Shown here in pieces: positions 12,070-26,249 of a stretch of DNA of 64,000 nt. The stretch lies in contig NC_058369.1 in the NCBI RefSeq assembly GCF_018350175.1, positions 14,696,001-14,760,000 on the forward strand. Direction: 5' to 3'. The position numbers were made by a program, and so were the translations under genes. Position 1 is the first letter of the stretch, and each line of letters begins with the position of its first letter. This DNA is from Felis catus. Its lineage: Eukaryota. The notes beneath the pieces are model-generated. The model was not told the DNA's origin and did not search any database. It worked only from the letters and a program-made list of their open reading frames with translations.

Positions 12070-13450
12070 CTGCGGGGCCTTGTGGCCATCCCGCGACCGG
12101 GAGAGCCACAGTAACCACCACCGGCTCCTCAGGACCGTCGGCCAGGGCAGCTTTGCCCAGGTGGGGTTGGTCTGGCACAGCCCGAGTAGGACAGAGGCGT
12201 CCATGAAGGTCATTAACAAGAGTCAGCAGGGCTCCTCCAGCCTCCAGAGACTATTCCTTGAAGTCCAGAGCATGAAGGCCCTGAATCACAACCCCCGAGT
12301 CGTGAAACTGCTTGAGGTCGCTGGCACCATGGAAGCAGGCGACCCGGTCACGGAGTCCACTAGCGAAGGACAGGTGTTTGAATGCGCCATGCCTGCATAA
12401 GAAAGGGGGAGCCCCGAGGCAGATTCTGCCAGATAGCGTCCACTGTGTAGTACCACCACCAGGAAGGTATCATCCACAGGGACCTAAAGCCAGAGAGCCT
12501 GCTTTTGGAATCTGACCCGAACATCAAGGTCGCATACTCTGGATTCAGCAATGAGTTCACTGCCGGCCATAAGCTGACCCCCTTCTGTGGCAGTCCCCCT
12601 TACACCAAGAGTTCAACAGTCTCATAGGAGATGGGTGGAGCCTGGAGCCATCCTCTATACAATGACTGTCCAGTGACCAGCAGGTCCCTGCCTTGGCAGG
12701 ACTTCAGGGAGCTGTGGGAGTGGGTGCTGAGCAGGATATGCCACGTTCCCCTTTCCACGTCTGTGGAGCGTGGGAGACCTACTAGAGAGATTCCTGCCCC
12801 TCAGTCCCAGTGAGAGAAGCGCTTTAGAGGAAACCATGAAGGACCCATGGATGACCATGGCCCGTGAAGCAGAACTACTAAAGCCTTACAGTGAGCCACT
12901 CCCTGACTACAAGGACACCTGGCAGAACTGAGGTGACATTATCTGTGGGCTATGAGTGGGACCAGATCCGGGACCTGCTGATGGGCCAGAATTAAGAGGA
13001 AGTGATGGCCAACTACCTGATCCTAGGCTGCAAGAGCCCCAAGGTGGAGGGTGGACCATTGCTGCGAAGCCTCTGCCTTCAGCTGATCCTGCCAATAGTT
13101 GCTGTCCTTCCCGCTCCCACAGGCTTCAGCCCAGGGTCTCTGCCAACCCGGAGGAGCCTGGTTTCGGTGGGCCTGCCCACCTCTGCCGTGTCCTGTAACT
13201 CAGAAAGTCAGCAGCCTGGGGAGCACCGGGAGTCAGTGGAAGGCCAGCAGCCCAACCAAAGTGCCTGCCAGTCCCTCACCAAGACACAAGGACCATCCCT
13301 TTCCCCAGCACAGTCCCTAGTGTGACCCTGGGGCCTCCCCTCCACCCACAGCATCAGCAGCAGTGGTGATGCCCCACACGGAACCAGCTGCCCCCAGGGC
13401 TTGTCCTACAACTGGCAACTCCCTCCATGCTGGGTGGCCCGGTGATAGGA
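12070..13450 (+). pseudogene. Intronless MARK2-like (MARK/SMOK-type) Ser/Thr kinase pseudogene
   Basis: RLLRTVGQGSFAQV, SSSLQRLFLEV, HRDLKPE (about 12475), FCGSPPY, LKPYSEPLPDYKD, EVMANYLILG, PLPSADPANS and KVPASP are collinear with MARK2. There are frameshifts and stops, and DFG has become YSG. Confidence 0.9.
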
Positions 13451-14139
13451 CCCCAGCCTCTCCCTCTGGCACCCCACAAGGCTGACTGGGCTGCTGGGAG
13501 CTTCTTCAACTTCTTACTCGGGCAGATACCGTGTTTCAGGCCACCTGGAAAGAACCGATGTGGCCCTTAAACCACAATGAAGCCAATGAAAGCTCACGTG
13601 GTGGATAGCCAAAGAAGGGACAAAACCAAAGACTGTTTTTATATGGGCAGCAAGAAGATCCTGAGCTCCACAGAGCCCAGCAGCAGGTGTGGGAGGTGGG
13701 CCAGGGCTGACACCGACAGCCGTGGAGACGGGAGTGGTGCAAGGAGCTTACGGCTTGTATGTGGGGACACCGAGGACCACAGGCAGGGAAGGATGGCAGG
13801 TGCAGACTGCCAAGGTGGCCTGCATGGGATTCAAATCAAGGGAGTACCTGTGCTTCCACAGCATTCAAAAAGCACTGAATCAAAAAATAATGGTGAGCTT
13901 AAAGGATGGCTGGGTGCCACCGGGGACATAAGAGGAGAGGCTGGTCCTGGCTTCGGGCAGGTCCTCTGTCCCAACCTGGGTGAATCTTCAGAGACGGGAC
14001 TGTCGTCCTGGGGTACTTCTTCCCTCCTACTCTTTTCTCTCGTCTTCTGTGTTTATCAGGGACGGGAGATGCTTCTGTAGAAATAAACACAATAAAAAAA
14101 AGCCACATTTAACGGGAAGGGATTTAACATCCATTTTCT

Positions 14140-14942
<803 letters not shown>

Positions 14943-15742
14943 TGAGTTGCTCTTAATGCTGGATTGTGGAAGGTGATTATTGACACGACTCGTTCTCATT
15001 CATGTTTGTCTCAGAGAACACTGGGCTGTCACTTCCTTCAGCAGGTTTGATAATAGTAATATTAACACCAACAAATACCAGTAGCATTTACTAGTGGCCC
15101 CAGACCTTCTACACCATTTCAATCCCTTTTAGGTAAAAGTGCCCATTTACCAGACTAGGAAATGAATGTTGAATGGGGTTAAGCAGTTTGTACAATCGCA
15201 GAGCTGGCGTCCAGAGCACGTGTGTTGAATCTTGGGTCTACGGCCTCCCTTGGCTCAGGCCTGGGGCTTCTGCAGTCCTGCTTTTGACATCCTGTTGAGG
15301 TTGTTACACCGAGTCTCTTGATTAATGGACAATTCAGTAATACACAAGACGACACCGAACACTTGTGCGGTAATCTTCAGAGCTTCTTGTGAATTCGCTT
15401 GTTTGCGGGCCCCTAAGTCCTTTGCATACGCAGGACACAGTCCTGAGTACAAATTCTACCTCAAAAATATGAAAGAAAAATGAAGTTGTCCAGAGTGCTG
15501 GCAACACTGAGGTTGTATGGAACCCTGTTCAGCCCGAGGGACAGTGCCTTGTAGGCCGGTGAGCACACAGGTGGGCCCCCTGGTGTGGGAGCCTGATCCT
15601 GATCTAAACACATCTACGGTGGTGCCCAGCAGGGTGGCCTTCCTGCTCTTCTCCAGCCTCCTGTCAAAATCTTACTAGCTAGAGAGCAAATGTAGACTGA
15701 TGTCTTGCGGATGAACTCCTGTATATTTAAAATTCACTTACT

Positions 15743-15980
15743 GGGGCGCCTGGGTGGCTCAGTCAGTTAAGCGTCCGACTTCGGCTCAGATCATGATCTC
15801 GCGGTTCGTGAGTTCCAGCCCCGCGTCGGGCTCTGTGCTGGCAGCTCGGGAACCTGGAGCCTGTTTCAGATTCTGTGTCTCCCTCTCTCTCTCTGACCCT
15901 CCCCCGTTCATGCTCTGTCTCTCTCTGTCTGAAAAATAAACGTTAAAAAAATTTTTAAAAATAAAAAAATAAAATAAAAT
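15743..15980 (+). mobile_element. CanSINE with TSD
   Basis: aaaattcacttact is duplicated on both flanks. Confidence 0.92.
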
Positions 15981-17764
15981 TCACTTACTGGACTCAAGAG
16001 CCCTTTTCCCTATCCCAGTGCTTTTTATTCATGTACAAATTAACTAGAACTCGCCTGAGTACACCCACTCGCTCCAGAGCTGCTGGGTCACATCTGTGCC
16101 CAGGCATCCGCCCCTAGAGGATCTATCCCCTATCCTCCCAGGCATGGGGAAGAGACATCTCATTTAGGGTGAGTGTTGAGTTTTTTCCTGAGGCACACCG
16201 CTCGGTGAGGTCACTGAAGAGTTCTGGAAGGGTCCTCGATTGAAAATTTGGTGGCAGTTCTTCTTTGGCAGGTCCCCGGGGTTGAGGTGCAATCCTGTGG
16301 CTTCCGCCTTCTTGATGATCATAGTCCTGGCACATAACAGCGCTCCCCAAGTAGTGTTTCTCCTCTTTTGCCTGCAAGGGAGTTACGAAAAAAGGAATTG
16401 CAGGGTAATTTCAGAAGAGACTGCTATGTATAGCCAAGGTGAGGGTCGGGAGTGTTTTGTGGGTGAGGCAGATTTGAAGCTGAGGCCTGACCAGAACTTT
16501 TGGGATCCTGAGTCCTCACGTGAGGGCCATCATTTTTTTCTACTGCAGCTGCACGTGCCGGTTTCCAGGCTGCCTGCTGTTGGGAGGGCAGTTTTGAGCT
16601 TGTATGTAACACAGATCCGTTAGTGGTGTGGCCTGGAGCCCTGGCTGGAAAGGATCCTGAGGTCAAGGTCAGGCCCAGTAGAACACAGTCCTACTTATTA
16701 GGCATCTGTAATAGTTATAGTTCCTAGTACTGCCTTCACTGTTGCTCCCTTTTGTAATAAGATGATGTTAAAGGACTCTGTGGCAGAGCTTAACATGACC
16801 TGGTTACAACAGAAGCTTCTGAGTCAGAGAACTCTCTTATCACCTTGCATATATCTGGGTATGGTGTATTTACAAGCACATATATTTATAGGCACTGCAG
16901 TTGTGCTTGGGATTTGCACCCTGACCCAGGCATTAATTTATTTAAAAGAATATCTTAACATTTTCAAAGAATTGACCATTTTAATTTTTTAATGTGTATT
17001 TATTTGAGAACATGTGCATGAGTGGTGGAGGAGCAGAGAGAGAGGGGAGCAGAGAGAGAGAACCCCAAGCAGGCTCCATGCTGTCAGTGGGGAGCCCAGT
17101 GCAGGGCTCAATCCCATGTACTGTGAGATCATGACCTGAGCCGACACCAAGGGTCAGATGCTCAACCAACTGAGCCACCCAGGAGCTCCAAGCTGAGCAT
17201 CTTTAAATTCCCTATTTCTGTTACTTCTAATTGTATTGCATTATGGGCCAGAAATGTAATGTGTTCAGTATTTGTCCTTTTATATTTACTAAATATATAT
17301 TTTTTTGTTTTTAAAATATAATCAAAGGTATTTCCATTTCTTTGACGCTGGCTTGGTTTCTAAACATTCACTTTGTTGAGACATTCTTTTGGGTATATAC
17401 ATACAGATCAGTTATGTTTTCATTGTTTTGTATGCTTTTGTGTTTTTTTTAAACCATTTTGGGCCCTTCATTCTCTCTTAAGACATTTCTTTCCAAGCCT
17501 CCCATGCTCAATAGATTCTATGATTTACTGTGTCTCAGTTAAGATTGCTTTCAGCTCTAGATACCAGAAAATCTGACACACAGTAGTATGAACAAGCAAG
17601 GAGAGGAGATGAGGTCAAAAAGGTAGGCAGGGGTCAGGTTATCTGGTTACCTAAGCTTTTATTTTATTGCAGTGAGAAGCCAGTGAGAGGGTTAAATGGG
17701 GATAGGAGGGAGTGGAGGGGGAGTGGGGTGTCTGTGGGGGGTGGGGTTAACATATATCATGGTT

Positions 17765-17799
17765 TTCTTTTTTTTTTTTAAGTTTGTTTATTTAATTTT

Positions 17800-17850
<51 letters not shown>

Positions 17851-18070
17851 CAAGCTTGCACATGGGAGAGGCAGAGAGGGAGGCAGAGAGAGAATCCCAA
17901 GTAGGCTCCATGCTGGCAGCACACAGCTTGATGTGGGTCTCAATTCAACAAACCATGAGATCATGACCTGAACCAAAATCAAGAGTCAGCTGCTTAACCG
18001 ACTGAGCCACCCAGGCACCCCTGTTTTTCATGTTTAAAAAAAAAATTTTTTTTTTAATGTTTCTTTATTT

Positions 18071-18110
<40 letters not shown>

Positions 18111-18148
18111 ATGAGCAGGGGCGGAACAGAAAGAGGGAGACACAGAAT

Positions 18149-18183
<35 letters not shown>

Positions 18184-18346
18184 ATGAGCAGGGGCAGAGC
18201 AGAGAGAGGGAGACACAGAATCCAAAGCAGGCTCCAGGCTCCGAGCTGTCAGCACAGAGCCTAATGGTGGGCTCGAACTCACGAACCGCGAGATCATGAC
18301 CTGAGCCGGAGTTGGACGCTTAACTGACTGAGCCATCCAGGCGCCC
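17765..18346 (-). mobile_element. Two tandem CanSINEs, the second with an internal duplication
   Basis: Two reverse bodies; the agcatgagcaggggc...agacacagaatcc segment occurs twice within 18107-18223. Confidence 0.88.
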
Positions 18347-19204
18347 CTTCATGTGTTTTTATGGAGCACTGTGGATGCTGACTGGAGAATGGACTGCGGG
18401 AGAGTATAGAGGGAAGCAGGAAGCTAGTTTGGAAGGCAGTGTTTGCAGAAGATCAGTAAGAGGACAGTGGCTGAAAGTGGTTGTAGAAATGGATGCAATG
18501 AGAAGAGGCTGCAATCAGGATGCATGTCAAGAGGACTTGTTGGAGGACTGCATGTGGTGGGGTGGGAAGGGAAAGAGAGTCAATGATGGCTCCTGAGTGC
18601 TCCCCTCAGAAAAGAAGACCCAGGCCTAGGGGTTCTCAGCAGATAGATGGTATTCAAAGCTGGGAGCCTCTGCAGGTTTGCTCTGAGAAGAGGGCCCACA
18701 AGAAAGAGAAAGGGGCTGAGGGTCCCAGAGATCTGAAGGAGGAGGAGGAGGAATAAAAGGAAGATAGAGTAAGATGGGAAGGAATCGGGGGCAGGGCGGG
18801 GGGGCTTGAGAATCCAGAGGAAAGAAGTGCTCAATCGTGTTTCAAATGCAGCTATAAGACTGAGAGAACAAAAACTGAATCTTGAATTTAGCAAAATGGA
18901 AAACATTGGTGATACCATGAAAGCAAAATGGTGTGGAGGAAAGCTGGAATGGAATGGGTTCAGGAGAGAAGAGGAGGGGTAGCTTGAATGGAGCAGAGGA
19001 AAATGGGACAGAGGACTCTGGGGTCAAAGGAGGTCTGTGTTAATGCACAACATTAGGGCACCTTTGTATGCCGATGTTGGCAAGGGATCATTACTGACAC
19101 AGGACTGCAGAACTCTGGGGTCATAAGCTGAAAGGACTTCTCAGCGCCAAGTTTACTTGAAGTTATAGCTTTAATCTTTAAAGTCTTTAAAATCAATGGG
19201 CTTT

Positions 19205-19800
19205 GGGGGCACCTGGGTGGCTTAGTCGGTTAAGGATCTGACTTCAGCTCAGGTCACGATTTCACGGTTCACAGGTTTGAGTCCCACATCGGGCTCTCTG
19301 CTTTCAGCACAGAGCACTCTTCAGATACTCTATCCCCCTCCCCCACTTGCGCGCACTCTCTCTCTCAAAATCAATAAACTTTAAAAAATATATTTAAAAA
19401 ATAAAATAAATGGGATTTTTGCCATCTAGTTCATAATACAGGCATACCCACAGAATATATCCCCCAATTAATGTTTTCCTGGAAGAATGTTTTCATTTTC
19501 AATACATAGCATAGAAGTTATTTCCCTCTCAACAGTTTTAGCTGATATGCATATAAAGTTTATATTGAGTCTTTAAAAAAATACATTTTATTAAATTTTT
19601 TTAAATCTTTATTTTTGAGAGAGAGACAGAGTGTGAGCAGGGGAGGGGCAGAGAGAGAGGGAGACGTAGAATCCGAAGCAGGCTCCAGGCCCTGAGCTGT
19701 CAGCACAGAGCCCGACGCGGGGTTCGAACTCACAAACCGTGAGATCATGACCTGAGCCGAAGTCGGACGTTCAACCGAGTGAGCCACCCAGGCGCCCCCC
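19205..19800. mobile_element. CanSINE pair (plus 19205-19410, minus 19590-19800)
   Basis: SINEC heads and tails in opposite orientations. Confidence 0.85.
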
Positions 19801-20529
19801 CCAAAATACATTTTAAACGGATTGAGAAAAAGTTCCACGTTGCTTCCAAATACAACCTGCAGGCCAATCACACTTTGGAGTGTTGGCAAGATGTACAACA
19901 TCTGACGTTATTGGTCTACAAGTAGCCACTGCTAGTGCACACAAAGCACCTGTATGCCAATGACTATTTTTTTAATTTAATTTTTAAGTAAACTCTACTC
20001 CCAACGTGGGGCTCTAACTCCTGAGCCCGAGATCGAGGGGCTCTAGCGACTGAGCCAGCCAGATGCCACAAAATTGGTCGGGTTTTTTGATGGGACTTGC
20101 TATGCCTTATAATTTTTTCTGTTTCAACTAATGGGAAATAAGTTATCCTTAGGGTCTCTTCTTAGAGAAAGTCTGACATTTCAGGCATAGATTATGGACC
20201 ATCGCTAATGGCATAGGACTTTCCAGCCTTGTCTTAGTTTTAAGTTTTCAATTACTTACCTTGGAAATGACTTCATTTCTTCCACATCTTGTAGAATTGA
20301 TGCTCCAGAAAGTCCTACCATGGATAGTTTGCCCTTTTGCATCCTCCATGCACAGAATTGGAGCTGTGCATAAATTAGCTGGAGATGTGTGTCGTGACCT
20401 CGTAATTGGCGCTAACCAGAAAAACTAAATAGAAAAATGACATAAGAAAATTATCACTACAACTCCCAACAGCGACAGATTATTTTAATTATTCTGTATT
20501 CTGAAAGGATATTTAGAAAGGGATATTTA

Positions 20530-20922
20530 GGGGCCCCTGGGTGGCTCAGTCCCTTAAGCCACTGACTCTTGATTTGGGCTCAGGTCCTGATCTCACGATT
20601 CCTGAGATTGAGCAGGAATCTGCAGCTTTGCACTGACAGCATGGAGCCTGCTTAGGATTCTCTCCCCCCATCCCCCCCCCCCGCCCCTCTGCTAGGCGTG
20701 CTCTCAAATAAATTAAAAAAAAAAAAAAAAAAGAGGGGTGCCTGGGTGGCTCAGTCCCTCAGGTGTGGGGCTCTGGATTTCAGCTCAGGTCACGATCTCA
20801 GGTTTGCGTCTAGTTCTGCGCTGAGTGCCCGGAGCCTGCTTGGGATTCTCTCTCCGCCCCTCCTTTGCTCATGCTCGCTCTCTTTCAAAATACGTATATA
20901 AACTTAAAAAAAAAAAAAAAAG
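20530..20922 (+). mobile_element. Two tandem CanSINEs
   Basis: Heads at about 20530 and 20735, each followed by poly(A). Confidence 0.85.
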
Positions 20923-21099
20923 AAGGTATTTATAAGGGGTTCCAAAGAAGCCCCTCCACAAACCTTCCCATCCCTTGGGAAGGATGAAGGATGAAAGGGA
21001 GCTTCTGGTCCAGCTGGCCGGTGTGCATTAGGCCAAGAGGTCCGAAATAAAATAATCAGCCACTTGGGACTCCCACCTGGGAGTCAGGGAAGTGGCTTG

Positions 21100-21960
21100 G
21101 GCGTGGTCCCCCAAGGGGGTTAGGAGGTCACTGACCTGCGCGCCGGAGGTGCCTATGTGTGTGCCGCAATGGGCGTCTCCACTGTGATGGTTCTTTTCAC
21201 AGTACTGCACTGGACAGTCCCTCTAAGAGGCCTGACAAGGTATTGGGAGTTCAACCAGCCGGGGGTCCAGGAGGCGTTCTGCAGGCAACCACACGACCGG
21301 CGGTCCATAAGGACGATTATGGGAACCCGGAGAGGCAGAGGTGATGACGGGAAAGGTGGCTTCGAAAAGACAAGTTCCAGGTTTCCAGGTACCGGTATTT
21401 CTATTTTAACCGACGAGTTTCCGTTTCAAATACCGGCTTAGGAGCTTCCGCATGTGTTCTAAACCGCCTCCCCAACCGCCAGGCCCGAGCGAGCCGCTAA
21501 CCCCACCCCTACCGGCGGCACTGCGCATGTCCGAGGGGCGTGGCGAATGGGGGCGTGGCGAATGGGGGCGGAGCGAGGCAGCGGGAAGGGCGGGACGCGC
21601 TGGGTTCTTGGAGGCCAGGTTGTACCCCTGGCCAGCTCGCCTCAGGCTTCCGGAGGTGTGGCACTTGCTGGCCTGCGAGAAATCCAGCTTTGGCCACAAC
21701 AAATCGCGCCATCGGAAATTCGTGAAGATGCTCTATCACGATCACATCTCGAGTCAGGCTGTCCCGGGCCCGCTGGGCTGCGCTGGGTCTCTGGGGGGCG
21801 GGGCTCTCGGGAGACCGATGCTCCCTTGAGCTAGGCGGGACGGCCATTGGTACTCCGGGGGGCGGGGCGGAAGGCGGGGCCTCTCTTCCCCAAGAGGAGA
21901 CTGAGGCTGCTTGCTGGGCTGAAGGCCTACAACTCCCAGGACATGCTGGACGTTGGGTGC
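21100..21960. promoter_or_regulatory. Orphan CpG island with promoter motifs
   Basis: CpG-rich, with NRF1-like tgcgcatg (about 21522), duplicated GGGGCGTGGC boxes, ETS cttccgg, inverted CCAAT (about 21846), GC box and ZNF143-like ctacaactcccagga (about 21927). Confidence 0.75.
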
Positions 21961-22324
21961 TCCTTGAGGTTCAGGGTCTTCTGCTTAGATTTTGTGGGTC
22001 TGACATTTTGCTTACTCCATTCCCGTTCCAATGTGCTGCAGTAATTGTTTCGTAGGAGCCATTTGGTTGTTTCTGTATCTTGCAGTGTTTTTAGGGATCC
22101 CACCCTCACTACATAAGTCACTATGTACAATAAAAAATACAATAGCTACCTACTTGTAGTTGTCACGTCTGTCTTCTCCAATGGAGCTGTGAAGAATCCT
22201 AGTTACTTGTAGCTTCTTTCATTCTCCTACACCTGGGGCTGCTTACAAACTAGGCATTCCATCTTTGGTCTCATTGACCTTATCCTTTTCATCTATTTTG
22301 TGATTTTAATTTTTTTAATCACTT

Positions 22325-23964
22325 TTTATTTTTTGAGAGACAGACAGAGTACTAGTTGGGGAGGAGCAGAGAGAGAAGGAGACACAGAATCAGAAGCAGG
22401 CTCCAGGCTCTGAGCTGTCAGCACAGAGCCTGACGCGGGGCTCGAACCCACGAACCCTGAGATCATGACCTGAGCTGAAGTCAGACACCTAACCGACTGA
22501 GCCACCCGGGTGCCCCTCATTTATCTTGAAATATACTTTGCTAATACAGTGGACACTGACAGGCTTTTTCTTTTTTTTTTTTTTTTTTAATTTATTGGGG
22601 CACCTGGGTGGCTCAGTCGGTTAAGTACCAGACTCTTGATTTCAGGTCAGGTCATGATCTCACAAGTGGTGGGTTCCAGCCCCACGTTGGGCTCTGTGCT
22701 GACAGTTCAGAGCCTGCCTGGGATTTTCTCTCTCCCTCTCTCTCTGTCCCTCCCCTCCCCAAAATAAATAAACTAAAAAAAGTAACTTTGTTGCTGAAAA
22801 ATTCTATTGCCAAGTACTTGTCCTTATGAAAAGAAAAAGGAGAGCTTAAATATATTTGTTGAAAACAAACTGCTCGTTTCTTGTCCTGTTCCCCCAGATA
22901 TTTTGTGCAGTTATATCACTTAGGAAAATAACGATATTCTATGGAACAAATTATGATCTATTTTAAATATTGGAGTTCTGCAGAATATTTCATTTTGAAA
23001 TGGGGTGTGGAAAAAAAAGGTGACCATCTTTGAATTCAAATCCTAAGATTTTTTCAGCTTCAACAGTCTGTGAATCACTGGGCATTAGCAATAGGCCACG
23101 TATTGTATAAAGTGGTACTTTTTTTTTCTTTTGGGGAAGTACTATATAAGTGAAATATGCATATTATGTTTAAATATCAGGAAACTCGGGGCGCCTGGGT
23201 GGCTCAGTCGGTTAAGCATCCGACTTCGGCTCAGGTCACGATCTCGCGGTTGGTGAGTTCAAGCCCCACGTCGGGCTCTGTGCTGACAGCTCAGAGCCTG
23301 GAGCCTGTTTCCAGATTCTGTGTCTCCCTCTCTCTCTCTGACCCTCCCCGGTTCATGCTCTGTCTCTCTCTCTGTCTCAAAAATAAATAAACGTTTAAAA
23401 AATTTTTTTAAATATCAGGAAACTCAAATCCCATATTGAAAAGAATATATATTGAACAGAATCCTATTTACCTATTTACCTCCTTATCCTCCTCTCCTTC
23501 CTCCCCCTTCTCCTCTTCCTCCCCCTCCTCCCCTTCCTCCCCCTTCTTCTTTTTAATTTTATTTATTTTTATTTTTTTTAACATTTTTTTATTTTTGAGA
23601 CAGAGAGAGAGCATGAACAGGGGAAGGTCAGAGAAAGAGGGAGACAAAGAATCTGAAACAGGCTCCAGGCTCTGAGCTGTCAGCACAGAGCTTGACACGG
23701 GGCTGGAACCCGCAGACCGCGAGATCATGACCTGAGCCAAAGTCAGACGCTTAATCGACTGAGCCACCCAGGTGCCCCTTAATTTTAGAGAGAGTGTGTG
23801 AGGAGGGGAGAGGGGCAGAGGGAGAGGGAGAGAGAGAGAGAGTCTTAAGCAGGCTCCACACTCAATACGGAGCCCGAGGCAGGGCTCAATCCCACAACCC
23901 TGGGATCACTACCTGTGCCGAGATCAAGAGTTGGACACTCAACTGACTGAGCCACCCAGGCGCC
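22325..23964. mobile_element. Cluster of five CanSINEs (22325-22517 -, 22597-22780 +, 23188-23400 +, 23550-23779 -, 23780-23964 -)
   Basis: SINEC bodies. TSD aaatatcaggaaactc flanks the 23188 copy; a (CCT)-rich tract lies at about 23478-23550. Confidence 0.85.
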
Positions 23965-24936
23965 ACGCATTCTTAACCTTCACTATGTCTAAGGTTTAAG
24001 TCTTGAGGGTTTTCCTTTTTTAAACACAACTTAATTTTTCACATATACTAGTTTAGAACTTTGACTCCCTTCAATAAGAAGCTTGGAGGGATGCCTGGCT
24101 GGCTCAGACAGTGGGGAGTGCAACCCTTGATCTCAGGGTTGTGGGTTTGAGCCCCATGTTGGAGGTAGAGATTACTTAAAAAAATAAAATAAAATAAAAA
24201 CAGATTTCGGATTTTTAAAAATCTGGTGAGTTATTCTGTAGTGTTTCAGTTAACAGAGACTTTGAAAATAGTGTTATTAAAGAAGGGGGACACTGTTCTT
24301 ATGCACTGTGGGGTTTTGTTTTGTTCTTTTAATCTCAAATGATCTTCCAAAAAGAAGGGCAGGAACAACTGAAGTTTGTTTTGTGCATCGTTTTATGTTA
24401 ACCTTTATTGAATTTACAATAGGGCATCAGGAATTTAATCTGAATCTCCTAATTTTTATAGATTAAATCTAAGGTTTAAGCTTCACTAGAACGGCAGAAA
24501 TACTGCTTATCATGGGTAAATAAAAAATAAATGTAAACATTCCCAACTCTTCCCGTTTAAGAATTATCTTTCTGGGGATGCCTGGCTGGCTCAGTCCGTG
24601 GAGCACACGACTGTTGATCTTGGGGTTGTGTGTAGAGATTACTTAAAAATTAAAAAAGATAAATAAAAATATCTTTTCAGATGCTGCTTTGCTTAGCCAA
24701 AGTTATGTTGTGGTTCAAGACTTTGCAGATAGGTCTGTCTCACAGAGAGAATATGAACATGGTTTTTGAAAAGGAGAACATTGATCCAACTTTGTGATTA
24801 AAAAAATGATTTGTTTATTTGTTTGTATGTCTGTTTATTTGTTTGTTTGTTAGGGGAGGGAGAAAGAGAGAATCCCAAGCAGGGATCTCACCAACCATGA
24901 CATCTTGACCTGAGCCAAAATCAAGAGTCTGACGCT

Positions 24937-25131
24937 AGGGGCACCTGGGTGGCTCAGTCGGTTAAGCGTCTGACTTTGGCTCAGGTCATGATCTCACAGT
25001 TTGTGAGTTCGAGCCCCGTGTCGGGCTCTGTGCTGACAGCTCAGATCCTGGAGCCTGCTTCGGATTCTGAGTCTCCTTCTCTTTCTGCCCCTCCCCAACT
25101 TGTGCTCTGTGTCTCTATGTCTCTCAAAAAA

Positions 25132-25170
<39 letters not shown>
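24937..25170 (+). mobile_element. CanSINE with (TAAA)n tail
   Basis: SINEC head and tetranucleotide tail at 25130-25170. Confidence 0.9.
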
Positions 25171-25172
<2 letters not shown>

Positions 25173-26249
25173 GTTTTAAATAAAGAAATCCTGATATCAT
25201 CCTTCCCAGTGCCATTCCTTGCTTTCATTAGGAACCTCACAATTCTCGAGTGTGAAATGGTTTAATAACCTTTTGGGAGTGGTAAGTAATTAAATAAGCT
25301 ATTAGTTGAAGTGCCTTCTTACAAAGTAAGAAACCAACAAATCGAAGCGACAGGGACATTATTCTTTAAAATGTCAGAGAATCTTGATGCGATGTCCAGC
25401 ATTCTGAATGACCAAACAGGCTTTATGTGGAACTCGGGGCCAGCGGGTGTGGCCTGTATCATCTCAGCGCAGATCAGGCAACCATTACAGATATGCGGAC
25501 AGACGGGTGTAACTTCACACACCAGAGGCTCCCGGGACTGCTGTACGGAAGGACAGTCCTAGCCTGACCCTTCCTGTAGGATGAGCTCTCTTTCCCTCCA
25601 ATTTTCCCTGGGACCTCCCAGCTTTCGTTGTTATTATAACTTCATATAAAACTTCCTATAACTTCATCCCAATTCTCTGCTCGTGGAGTAGCCGAAGGCT
25701 TGCAACGAATTCTGGTCTCGCCATTCCTTCAACACTGGCCACAGTTTTCTAAATTTTGCTCTGCAAAATATTCCTCTTCAATGCACTTCCGAAGTTGAGG
25801 AAACAATACATTCTATAGATCACTTCCGGTTTCAGAACAAAGATTATTTACAAGGGGGCAACAATGGGTGGCTTGGAACCAGGATAAAAGGAAGTATTTT
25901 GTTTCTGTTTTTTAGAGTTTTACCAAATGTTCAATTGTATTCTAAGAAAACAGAATTAAAATTAGAGGGGGAAAAAAAAGGCAAAACTGACTCTTTGCTG
26001 TCCCTTCAAGCCCAATCCTACAGACGTGCCTCTCTTTCTCCTGCTCCCTCAATTCTGCACAGACTTCATGTCAGCGCTGCGACCCTGGACTGACTGAACT
26101 CACCTGCTGACACACCTGCCTCCCCAACTAGACCTTGAGCATCTGCTTTTGCTCATCTTTCCCACCTGTGTCCAAAACATAGCCTGGCTCACTTCAGTCA
26201 CAGATGTAGTTAAGGAGTCAGTTGCTTTTTTTTTCTTAAAGTTTACTTA

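Noticed and set aside
25300..25830. Unique, mildly CpG-containing segment with short ORFs
   Set aside because: No recognisable homology or splice structure that I can support.
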